Shown: positions 42,556 to 52,070 of the stretch, piece after piece
How positions within the stretch are numbered: the stretch's first letter is position 1
Layout of the letters: each line of letters opens with the position of its first letter
From: Trypanosoma brucei
Lineage: Eukaryota
Length of the DNA stretch: 64,000 nt
Assembly: GCA_000002445.1 (NCBI GenBank)
Contig: CP000066.1
Location: forward strand, 1,024,001 to 1,088,000
Reading direction: 5' to 3'
Made by a program: the position numbers and the translations under genes
The notes under the pieces: generated by a model
Database searches by the model: none
The model's input: only the letters and a program-made list of their open reading frames with translations
Told to the model about the DNA's origin: nothing

Positions 42556-45500
42556 ATGAATACAAACCGGCCGAACACATCTGGCGTTCCCTCTTCTTCC
42601 TCCACTGCCGGCCCCTTGGCTTTACGGAGCGGAAGCACCGCAGGGGTTGTTGGGGGAACTGACGCTGGTAGAAGCGGCAGCAGATCAATGGATTATAACC
42701 CGTTCTCTCTCATGGATGTTGGGACGGCGAAGATTGGGTTTGAACAATTCCATGGGGTGCCGTCGTCAATGCCGATGCAACAGCAACAGCGCGGGGTGCC
42801 AACAACAGCCACGTCCATGGGCTCTGCTGTTGACTGTCAGCTTCGCAAGTCTTCGGCAGGAACCCAACAAGGAGACCACTCATACTACCAGCAACAGCGG
42901 CAACCTTCTCTGTCCCAACCTCAACAGCGCACGAATCTTTCGCTGGATTTGGCGAGAGTCACCCAGTTGGCATCACAACGCAGCGGCTCAGCCATTACAA
43001 CCACACGACAAGATATCGTGACACCATCCTCCGCGAACCGCTCGGTTTCTCAGAGCTCTGCTCTGGATTTAAAAACCAGGGGGGGCTCTCTAGATACCGT
43101 CACGTCCATGCGCTCTGGAACAGATGGGGAGCCACATGGTAGAGTTGCGAAGCGTTCAGCAATCTTTAGTAACTTCCTCAAAAGGGATCCCCCAGACTTT
43201 TTGAAACCGTCGCCAAACACCTTACTGCGGCGACAAGGGTCAAGCACAGCGGTGACCGCACGTGGGCTTTTTGGTGACCAGTCTCGCTCTGGCAGCACCG
43301 CGACAAACCCAGACGCGCACGTGTCGCGTCCGCAACACCAGGAACAACTACTGGACCCCTCGCCATCGCAAGGGTACTCTCCAGGGTTTGTGCTCTACAC
43401 AGCGAGGGAAAGGGACCGCGTCAAACCTGCATTCTTCAGTCATTCTGCATTGACAGCTCGACCGAGTGCTGAGGATACTTCAACACGGTTTGTTTCATCT
43501 GAGCAGTGTGTTTCCCCCCTCCCGAGCAGCACGAATCAAGCGACAGCTTCGCACCTTCCCCAAGGACCCCCGCTGGGCGTGAACAACCCTGGGGCGACAG
43601 AGCCTCACTTTACTGACAGTGGAAGCGCCTCAACCGTTGTTTCAACGGCCACTGGGACGCATCTGCCCCATGGTTCAGATTCTGTTGTTTCTGCTCCGAA
43701 TGCACTCACCAGTGATTTTCATGTACCCCAAATGGACATAGCCGTGAGAGGTGTGTTGGGAGATACGAGGTTATCTAACGCCACGACATCGTCAGCATCA
43801 CAGAGTCTTGCCTACCTAACTCCAGGTGCTGAGGTTGCTGTCAGCGAAAATTATGCTGAGAAAAACAATATTCTGGTTAGCAGGCCACCTTCAGCTCCTC
43901 ATGCTCACATGCCGTTGCCGGCGGATCCGGGTGTGGGAAGCGTCCTCTCGGCGGACAACGTGGCCATGAATCGGGGTGATGCTCTGGGGCTGCCAATGCC
44001 GCAAGGCATCCCAAATGATGGGTTGAGTCCAAATGGAACCGAAGAAACGGCTTTGGCTCTTCCTCCTCCTCCTTTTCCTGGGTTTGGGCATCCCCATAAG
44101 GTATGCCCCGCTGCTGTTGTGCCTGCCGGTGATGACGTTGCTGCGCCTCATGTAACCTCCGCTACGCACGGCCTTGGTTTCCCGCCCACGGGCCGCCAAC
44201 GGCAGGAGCGGACGGAACACGATACACAGGCTTGTGTGTTTATCGACGGCTTTGACCCGAGCGAAGCCCCCCCAGCTGCGCCGTCCTATGGGGATGCCGT
44301 AGACGGTTCGTCTTCGCAAGAGTGGCACGATGGTTCGCTGCAGGACGCGGTTGCCACAGCGCCTTCTAATGTGGGGTCCGAGGCTTTGCTATTTGAGGGC
44401 CCAACTCAGGCAGGGGAAGTTGGTACTAACATGTGTCCCGTTGAAGAGGGGACATCTCCGGAAGCGCGGCTGCCGGCTTTAGATATGGCTGCTCTCCCTG
44501 TGTCCAGCCGCCGTGAAGGGAAAGGTTGGGGACAACAACATCGTCCACGTGGTGGAGCCCCGTGTTTTGCCGTATTTTCTCCTACGGGCTGTGTTATTGC
44601 AGTGTTTAACGCTCCCAATCCCTCCGTGAAGCCCAGGTTTGTATGCAGTCGTGTCGCGGACATACTTTCTGGGAAGGCGAAAGGTATGAACCCTTCCAAA
44701 GTGGGTGAAGACTATGTAACGACCCTTCGCGTTTCGGCTGCATTCACCCTTAGAAAAATCAATGAAAACAAAGTTCCACTGACGTCTCTCCGCGAAGCCG
44801 TCCAGCAAGTGCCCGACATCCTTCCGCTTCTAAGGGGCGTTTTGTCCTACGCGCTGCGTGACCCGTTGCCTGACTGGCGTAACGGTGGACAGAAGGAGCT
44901 TACCAAAATGCTCTCGGAGGTGGCTGAGCAGGTGCCCCCCTCCAGTGTGATGAACCCTATTCGGCTGTCCGACCCAAATTTGTTGAAGAGGGACCCGGAA
45001 CAGGGTCTGCGGGAGGTGCAACGGTTGTTGCTTATTGGAGAGCGTGAGGCTGCCGTGGGGGTGGCTATGGAGTTTCAGTTATACACGCATGCCATTATTA
45101 TTTCGATGGTGTGCCCCACCAAAGAGCAATACATGGATGTAATCCGTACCGTTGTTGAGAAAGAGTTAAGCCCCCTTTCACCTCTTGCTCACGCCTACTG
45201 TACGTTTAACGAGCTACCGCTTCCTGGATTCGCGAGTTCGCCAACATCTACGTTGCCCAGTGCACCGACGGGAGGGTGTGAGGTTTGCGTTCGGCAGTCC
45301 TGGGTGCAGCACGCGGCACTGTTTGTGTCTAACTTCACTAGGGAAAGTGCGGTGGGCTTGGTACAGCTGGGAGATGCCCTTGTAAAAGAAGGGTTGATTG
45401 ACGAGGCCTATTGTTGTTTTCTGCTCGCTCATCTTACTCCGATGGGAAATGTTGCCCCTCAGCAGCTACCACAACCCCAACAGCAGCACGTCATGAATCT

Positions 45501-46719
45501 TCTTCGTGTGCGACTTGGCGCATTGGGTGGGCACTGCCGTCCTGACGGTGTGCGTGTGGTTCTGACGCCGAAATTGCTGTTTCTAGCTGATGTTGTAGAC
45601 AACATTCGCTGTAACCTTGAAGTGTCTGCACAACCTGCAGCAACGGAAGGGGAGGGTTTAGTGATGCGTCACGGACTTCCCGCTCGCTCGCCTGCCAGCA
45701 AAGTTGTGTTCTGCTATTTGCAAATGTTATGGTTACAGGAGGTGGGTCTGCATGATATGGCGGATCCTTTCATGGCACACACACTCCGGATGGCACCGAC
45801 GTCATCCAAGAACTCGGCACCATTCACTTTGAACCGCCTGCTCGCCTCCGGACCCCCTGTCCCTGCGCCAGCCACTGCAACCGATGCTGCCGTCGCACCT
45901 GTCCCCATTCCCACCCCTGGTACGCCTCAGCCGAAAACGGCTCCACCAGCTCCTGGACTTCTAAACAAAGGGATCGGACCAAGGTTTGGTGCCCAGACGT
46001 CACAAAGAGTACTGCCGCGGATAGGACCAGACGGGTACCGTGTAACCACGATGCCCACTGCCCCGCAGACGTCGCCGCCGGTGCCAATGCTAGCAGGAGC
46101 GTTTACGCCCAACGCACCGGGAGGCGCCCAGACCGCAGGCTCGTCCATACCGCCACCGCCTGCCTCATTCCAGTCAAAAGTAGTGTCTACTGCGCCACCT
46201 CCTCCACCTCTTTCGTGCCAGGTGAAATCAGTCCCTGAAGGCGGTGCGGTAGAGAGTGAACCTACCAACCCGAACTCGGCCAGTTCCTCTTCCACTTCGT
46301 TCCCTGCTGCGCCACCCACTACCGCTCGCGGCCGTCCCGCTGAGCCTGGCCCAACTCAAGATCCCGGAAACAACGAGCGAACACAAGAGCCAACGAAGCA
46401 GCAGAGACAACAGCCGCCCCGCTCAGGCTCTCTTGGTGCCCTCGCCAGTTTCTTGTTCCGGCGCAGCGGCTCCAAAGACAACGAAGCGAAAAAGGACGAA
46501 CCAAAGAAGATGATCATTGACACTGAGAAGCCTCCTAAGTTTGACCCCACGAGGGGTTGCTATCTCTTTCCCGAGTCTGAAGAGGATAAGAAAGTGGCAG
46601 AGATGATCAAGGCGGGTCCTATGATGCGATTTTCCGTGAAGCAGCAAGCCCCGCAGGGACCGGTTAACCGCCGAATGCCCGTAAGGACGAAATATGTGGA
46701 CACATTTAACTCCTCCTGA
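42556..46719 (+). CDS. Sec16-like ER-exit-site scaffold protein (~1387 aa, Pro/Ser/Gln-rich with a central conserved domain)
   Basis: The track start at 42451 is TTG; the first ATG is 42556 (MNTNRPNTSG...), preceded by a T-run and AG. Central blocks APCFAVFSPTGCVIAVFNAP, LLLIGEREAAVGVAMEFQLYTHAIIISMVCP and GDALVKEGLIDEAYCCFLLAH resemble the Sec16 central conserved domain. They parallel the VKFGFGGKL, LLLSGxKEEAL ... LWxHALxLAS and FCYLLA-type motifs as I recall them. Flanks are disordered and proline-rich. Confidence 0.5.
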   Translation: MNTNRPNTSGVPSSSSTAGPLALRSGSTAGVVGGTDAGRSGSRSMDYNPFSLMDVGTAKIGFEQFHGVPSSMPMQQQQRGVPTTATSMGSAVDCQLRKSSAGTQQGDHSYYQQQRQPSLSQPQQRTNLSLDLARVTQLASQRSGSAITTTRQDIVTPSSANRSVSQSSALDLKTRGGSLDTVTSMRSGTDGEPHGRVAKRSAIFSNFLKRDPPDFLKPSPNTLLRRQGSSTAVTARGLFGDQSRSGSTATNPDAHVSRPQHQEQLLDPSPSQGYSPGFVLYTARERDRVKPAFFSHSALTARPSAEDTSTRFVSSEQCVSPLPSSTNQATASHLPQGPPLGVNNPGATEPHFTDSGSASTVVSTATGTHLPHGSDSVVSAPNALTSDFHVPQMDIAVRGVLGDTRLSNATTSSASQSLAYLTPGAEVAVSENYAEKNNILVSRPPSAPHAHMPLPADPGVGSVLSADNVAMNRGDALGLPMPQGIPNDGLSPNGTEETALALPPPPFPGFGHPHKVCPAAVVPAGDDVAAPHVTSATHGLGFPPTGRQRQERTEHDTQACVFIDGFDPSEAPPAAPSYGDAVDGSSSQEWHDGSLQDAVATAPSNVGSEALLFEGPTQAGEVGTNMCPVEEGTSPEARLPALDMAALPVSSRREGKGWGQQHRPRGGAPCFAVFSPTGCVIAVFNAPNPSVKPRFVCSRVADILSGKAKGMNPSKVGEDYVTTLRVSAAFTLRKINENKVPLTSLREAVQQVPDILPLLRGVLSYALRDPLPDWRNGGQKELTKMLSEVAEQVPPSSVMNPIRLSDPNLLKRDPEQGLREVQRLLLIGEREAAVGVAMEFQLYTHAIIISMVCPTKEQYMDVIRTVVEKELSPLSPLAHAYCTFNELPLPGFASSPTSTLPSAPTGGCEVCVRQSWVQHAALFVSNFTRESAVGLVQLGDALVKEGLIDEAYCCFLLAHLTPMGNVAPQQLPQPQQQHVMNLLRVRLGALGGHCRPDGVRVVLTPKLLFLADVVDNIRCNLEVSAQPAATEGEGLVMRHGLPARSPASKVVFCYLQMLWLQEVGLHDMADPFMAHTLRMAPTSSKNSAPFTLNRLLASGPPVPAPATATDAAVAPVPIPTPGTPQPKTAPPAPGLLNKGIGPRFGAQTSQRVLPRIGPDGYRVTTMPTAPQTSPPVPMLAGAFTPNAPGGAQTAGSSIPPPPASFQSKVVSTAPPPPPLSCQVKSVPEGGAVESEPTNPNSASSSSTSFPAAPPTTARGRPAEPGPTQDPGNNERTQEPTKQQRQQPPRSGSLGALASFLFRRSGSKDNEAKKDEPKKMIIDTEKPPKFDPTRGCYLFPESEEDKKVAEMIKAGPMMRFSVKQQAPQGPVNRRMPVRTKYVDTFNSS

Positions 46720-47343
46720 TGCTTGAAAGCATGCTCCGCAGTTAGTTGCACCTGATATTAATCGAGAAAGTCGTGGAAGTGTGTATATGTATGTGCTGTG
46801 CCGAATGATTTTGCATTGATGCCGAATGTAGCGGGTCGATGAATAGATGACTTTGGGACTCCCTTTTCGAGGATGTTCCCCTCCTACTGTGAAGTAGTCG
46901 CATCAAATTGTGTGTGTGAGGCGTGGAAAGGGATGTGCACGTGTGCGTACGTGTGGCTGGCGGCAGGCTCAGAAATGAAGTGATCAGAGGGCATAGTGTT
47001 GTCCTTAGAATGGAGCGGTTAGAATTGTGTTAGGTGGTGGAAAGGCGTCCACAAATCGCGTACGTGGGTGTTGAATAAGTGCGGGATGTGGCCATGGTTC
47101 TCCTTTGTTTTGCTGTCGTCACCTTTCTCCCTACTTTTTCTTCGCATAAGCCGACAATAATGCGCGCATGTTTTAAAATAACGATTCTTCTTTTTGTACT
47201 GCTTACACACTGTTATCATGAATGCGTGATTGTACGGTTAATATCCCTGTTTTAGCACGCATTTGCTGGACGTGCTGCAGAAGAAAACGAAGGTGAAAAA
47301 AGCGGACACATCGCTGTGCCATTTTCTTTTTTAAATCAGAAAC

Positions 47344-50300
47344 ATGATGGTGTGCCTTACAATTTTCCTTGATATCTCTTTCCGTATTTGTTTACCCGTT
47401 TTCAATGCGCACTACAGTAAAAGAAGGAAAGGGGGATCGGGGATGCCTATCCCAACGGTAACCATGGGGCCAGACCCGATTTCTGAGCCACTCCTGCATG
47501 ACGCCGACAGGGACGAGATTCCATTCTGTGTAGCTCGTAATATTGGGCGGGAAATGAGACGTGGGTCCAGCAGCGACAGCGGCAATCGTTGGAGACAGGT
47601 GGAACCCGTGTTGGAGTTACAGATTGAAACGCTCTCTACGACGTCAGCGGGGTGGTTTCTGAACTCGTGGTATGGCGCCCTTGTGGTGGCGCTTGTCCTG
47701 CAATCTTTGGTCTCTTTTCAGTGGGGGATGGTGAATATATGTGACAGCTCATCGGTAAGCATTCGCAACCTGGATTCGTGGAGAAGTTCTTGCGTGGAAA
47801 GGTACGAGTATCAGTCGGCTGACCTTAACTGTTCGGGGACTAAGGTTCTGGTGCAGGCATGTGATCCACCGCCACACTCTTCGCATCGTGCAATGCTCCC
47901 ATCTCTTCTAGGATGCGGAGCGGTACCGTTATCAGCACCATCTTACGCGGAGGACTCACCGGGCCCTAATCACGACGGGATGAGCATGCGGAGTGGAGGC
48001 TATATTCCAAAGCAACAACAGCAGCGTCTTTTCAACCTACGGTGGGTAGACCGAAACGTGATTGATATACCGGCAAGTAAGGCCAACCGCTTTCCGCGCG
48101 TCGTTTTCAGTTTAGCATCGCCGCAGGACGCTATTTCTGGAGATATTCCCTTTAAGACTTATCAGTTGCAGGTTGTTCTGGAAAAGTTTCCGGTGCATGC
48201 GCCTTCGGAAGGAGATATAAATGTTAACAGTGGTACCAGCCGGCCGGCAACCACTGGCGTGTACCGATACAACACAACAACCACGTGTTTTCGGACCACA
48301 CCACGATGCTCTTCAGTGGTGTTGCCGCAGGATGTCGTGGTGGTTGGCGGGAATTCGAGAATCACATTAACCATCATCGGTGCTGTGGAGGAGCTGGCGT
48401 CTGTCGCTTCCATGTCCTCTGTTGGTATTGCGTTTCAGCGTTCTTTCTACACCATCTTTACAATTGCATGTCGCTACACCCTCATTGTGATCTCCGGTGT
48501 TCATTTGATCTTCTTTCTTTACCGAATTCGGCGGACGCAGACAATCTATGAGCATTACTGGGTGACGGCCTTGAACGTGGCACTGATACTTTACCTTGAC
48601 CCATTTTTCGCCGCCGGAGTTGACGACGAAAACGGTGTAGAACTTTATCGCTTCTTTGAGTACCACATGCCGAATTATTTCATTGCCTTTTTGAACTGTT
48701 TTATTTTTGCGCTTGTTGGAGCCTCCATTAACGCTTCTGGGGAGGTAGGAGAGACTAAAAGGAGACTGAAGGGGGAAACCGTTCCAGGGTGTGACGCTCC
48801 TGTGCTTGAGGAACCGTCGCCTCGCCCGGGTCGGCCACTAGCGACCGTTCCTCCCGATATGCCTCCTTCTTCACCTGGTGGCGATCCAAGGGATTTGCAA
48901 CGAAAGGAAAAAAATTCATGGACAAGTGAGGCTCATGACAGTTCTGTATTACTTGCCTCCCCTGATGGGGATCGTGCGGCACTCGTGCGACGACGTGGTA
49001 TGCCTCTGTGGGTTACCGTTTCAATCACTTACTACTTCGTTATTCTCGTAGGTCTTGACGTGGGGAGGGCGTTCGTTGAGAATTGGGATTGGGGAACCGT
49101 TGCGGATTGTGCTACATTCTGTTGCCGTTACCTTGCGTCAATGTTCTACACAATGCTCCTGTTGCTTGTTTTTGCGTCGAACGTGCTACTTTTATGGCTC
49201 AAACGAAATCTGGGCAGACAGCCCTACCTAGAGACACGACCACGGCAGCTGGCATGCCGTGTGTTTATCTTCGTGTTTGCTAGTGCTATGGTCTATTTCG
49301 TTGTCCAGGCTGTTCTTATCGATCTACTCTACCCTCATATTGTGCGGATTGTCGTCTATCAGCCATTCAGTCAGCTCGCCCCCGTGATGGTTTCATCTTG
49401 CTTTGTGAGTCACATAACATTTGTGTACACACCCACCACTGCCTCACGGAGGGTGCCCATACGGCCAAACAACCCCATGTGGCGCCGTGTCGTTTGGTCA
49501 CGGCAGTGGTATCAGTGGCTTCAGTTTCACGGTGGCATATTGTACATATTTCACAACGAAGAGCAGGAACGATACTTCAACTTTTTACAGAACAAGCAGA
49601 GGTTGGCGAAAGTCCTTCACCGTCGGTCGGGTCGCGTCCCTGTCGCCACTGAGCACGAGGGTGTAGGGCCCATTTGCTCCACGGCAGAGTGTGTTTGGAA
49701 TGGTGACGGACCACTAGGGACATACGATGCGGAGAGCTCTGATAGTTCAGACTCCAGTGGCGGCGAAAGCAGCTTTTCTTATAATAGCAGTCACAATGAA
49801 GATGATGATGTTGCGTCAAGCGGACGTGGTTCGCGGCGTCGCAACTGGTCGCGCATTCGGAGGGGTGTTTCGACACTGTTCGAACGTGCGGAGTGTCGGT
49901 TCGTGGAGAAATCTGCTTTGCTTCTGGATTCTCTCGAGGGGGCCATTCTTGACCCTTTGCAGTCTCTCCAACTTGGTGGCAATAGGCGTGTGCCCTTTTT
50001 TAACCTCGAGGCCGCGATTGATTGCCTGAATCTGTCGTGGGAGGCATACGCACCTCTGTGTAGTGATGTAGATGCTTCGAGGCGAGATGCTGATGGCGGG
50101 GGGAATGGCACCTCATCTTATTGCGCTGACTGCACTCCCTGTGCGTTTCCCCCAGAGACAAGGGGAGAAGGCGATAGTGATAAAAGCACCTTAGACGAGC
50201 GGGCATTTTTAGAAGGGGCTGTGGACAGCAGTGCAGTGACGACCGTCGATAACAGGCCCATTGATGGTGATTTGCAATCTTTTACAGTTGCGAGGGAGGG

Positions 50301-51192
50301 GTCGTCCACCAGTGTGGGACCTGCTATGTGTACCAAACAATACGGTTATAAGCCAATCGCTGTGTTTGAGGCACTTGATGTAGTGGCTGTTTGTGCTGTC
50401 ATGGACACTGAATTTTTGCACCATCGTGGCAAGGTCCCTCGAATCGTTATCGCATTCCGAGGAACAGCAAATATGAGCAACGCCAGGGAGAACATTCGTG
50501 TTCGGCAGCGTCCGTGGCGGGAAGTAGACGGTGTCCGGCAGTGGTGGGGCCTCACGAAGCGTGCAAGAGTCCACTCGGGTTTCCTTAACATTTGGATCTC
50601 ACTGAAGCCTGCTGTGCTTCATACACTTCACAGGTTCTTAAAGGAGAATTCTTCCACTGTTTACCGTGTGTTTTGCACGGGCCACAGCATGGGGGGTGCT
50701 GTGGCTTGTCTTTGTGCCTACAGTGTGCGGCGTATGCTGCGGGAGATAGAATACCCCTTGGATGAGGTAACGGTTTACACGTTTGGTCAGCCCCCGATGG
50801 GGAACGCAGCGTTTCAAACCGCTTACGACAAGGCGATTCCCCGAACGTTTCGTGTTGTAAACGAGAGTGACGCGGTGTCCCTCTTTTCCCTGTTCGGGGG
50901 CACGCACGTTGGCACCGAAGTGGATATTGACCGCCATGGCAATTACATCTGTAAGCCCATGTTTATTGAGATGTTATTCAGACCCACGGGAGGGAAGGGA
51001 TTTGCTTTAAAAAATCATACCCTTGCTGCCTATGCCCAATCTCTTAATGCCGTTGCGGATCGGAACAGCGGTAGGGAGTGTAAGGTGCGCTGCCTGCAGC
51101 CGTATGTGCGTGATGTTGTAGACCCATCACTTAGCGCTCTTTCCAGTGCTGCCGCCAACGTCTCTGTTGAACACCAAGCTGCGAACGTGTAA
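47344..51192 (+). CDS. polytopic membrane protein with C-terminal class-3 (fungal-type) lipase domain, paralog 1
   Basis: ATG at 47344. About 8 predicted TM helices precede a Ser/acidic linker. The Lipase_3 core has the GHSMGG nucleophile elbow (VFCTGHSMGGAVACLCAY), a candidate Asp in VVNESD and a candidate His in DIDRHGNYICK. Confidence 0.8.
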   Translation: MMVCLTIFLDISFRICLPVFNAHYSKRRKGGSGMPIPTVTMGPDPISEPLLHDADRDEIPFCVARNIGREMRRGSSSDSGNRWRQVEPVLELQIETLSTTSAGWFLNSWYGALVVALVLQSLVSFQWGMVNICDSSSVSIRNLDSWRSSCVERYEYQSADLNCSGTKVLVQACDPPPHSSHRAMLPSLLGCGAVPLSAPSYAEDSPGPNHDGMSMRSGGYIPKQQQQRLFNLRWVDRNVIDIPASKANRFPRVVFSLASPQDAISGDIPFKTYQLQVVLEKFPVHAPSEGDINVNSGTSRPATTGVYRYNTTTTCFRTTPRCSSVVLPQDVVVVGGNSRITLTIIGAVEELASVASMSSVGIAFQRSFYTIFTIACRYTLIVISGVHLIFFLYRIRRTQTIYEHYWVTALNVALILYLDPFFAAGVDDENGVELYRFFEYHMPNYFIAFLNCFIFALVGASINASGEVGETKRRLKGETVPGCDAPVLEEPSPRPGRPLATVPPDMPPSSPGGDPRDLQRKEKNSWTSEAHDSSVLLASPDGDRAALVRRRGMPLWVTVSITYYFVILVGLDVGRAFVENWDWGTVADCATFCCRYLASMFYTMLLLLVFASNVLLLWLKRNLGRQPYLETRPRQLACRVFIFVFASAMVYFVVQAVLIDLLYPHIVRIVVYQPFSQLAPVMVSSCFVSHITFVYTPTTASRRVPIRPNNPMWRRVVWSRQWYQWLQFHGGILYIFHNEEQERYFNFLQNKQRLAKVLHRRSGRVPVATEHEGVGPICSTAECVWNGDGPLGTYDAESSDSSDSSGGESSFSYNSSHNEDDDVASSGRGSRRRNWSRIRRGVSTLFERAECRFVEKSALLLDSLEGAILDPLQSLQLGGNRRVPFFNLEAAIDCLNLSWEAYAPLCSDVDASRRDADGGGNGTSSYCADCTPCAFPPETRGEGDSDKSTLDERAFLEGAVDSSAVTTVDNRPIDGDLQSFTVAREGSSTSVGPAMCTKQYGYKPIAVFEALDVVAVCAVMDTEFLHHRGKVPRIVIAFRGTANMSNARENIRVRQRPWREVDGVRQWWGLTKRARVHSGFLNIWISLKPAVLHTLHRFLKENSSTVYRVFCTGHSMGGAVACLCAYSVRRMLREIEYPLDEVTVYTFGQPPMGNAAFQTAYDKAIPRTFRVVNESDAVSLFSLFGGTHVGTEVDIDRHGNYICKPMFIEMLFRPTGGKGFALKNHTLAAYAQSLNAVADRNSGRECKVRCLQPYVRDVVDPSLSALSSAAANVSVEHQAANV

Positions 51193-52070
51193 CCAAACAG
51201 TGTATGTGAGACTTGAATTTTGGAAATATCGTATACCTTTCTTTCATAGTCGGTTTTGTGTTCACGAAAAAAAAAAACCGCTTCGTTTACTTCTTCCTTT
51301 ACTGTTGTCTATGTGCACGCATGTTGACTCACCTATAATCTGAGAGGCAGCGCGAGCAAGAGACAGACATGAGACGGTGCAGTTGTTCAAGTACCATTCA
51401 TGGGTTTGGTGGATGATGGGGATGCGGGGTCGCTCTCCACATCGTGTCGTGGGGGAGGGGGAGGGCATTTATTGGTCGGGAGAGTTCGAGAGGTGTCGAC
51501 GGTTATTGCTCCATCTTTGTGTGTGTGCACACTTGCGTATGCAGTCCCTTTTTGCCTTCATTTCGCTCTTTTGATGTCTCGTATTAGCTGTGGACGCGCG
51601 ATGCCGTGGGATCTTATGCGTGATCTCTCTGCTTAGACCGCACTTTACGATTTGGCAGCTCTCTCTTGTTGTTTTCCCTCCTTTCTCTATTTTCCTGTTT
51701 GCCGGTCATTTTTGTCAACCTCCCAACCAAAGCCTGACCACCGGGTGGTGCAGTGCCGTTGGCTGTAAACGTGACTTTGAGTGCAAAAGAGACCTATCTG
51801 TTTCCCCCCTTTACCCAAGTTAAAAAGAGTTGTTTCTTGCACTATCCGACTGTTATTCGTGCCTGTGTTTCCTTCCTGTGCCCCCTTCTTTCGCTCCAGC
51901 TGTCCCATTTACCCCCATCACTTGTGGCATTCAAAACAAAGCAGTGACGCCAACGACACCGACGAAAAACAAACAGGCGTAAAGGGACTTTTGCATTCGG
52001 TCAAGTACTGAGGTTTGTTTTTTTTTTCTTCCGGAGACGGAACTCAGAAGGGAGGCCAGAGCCCATCGAG

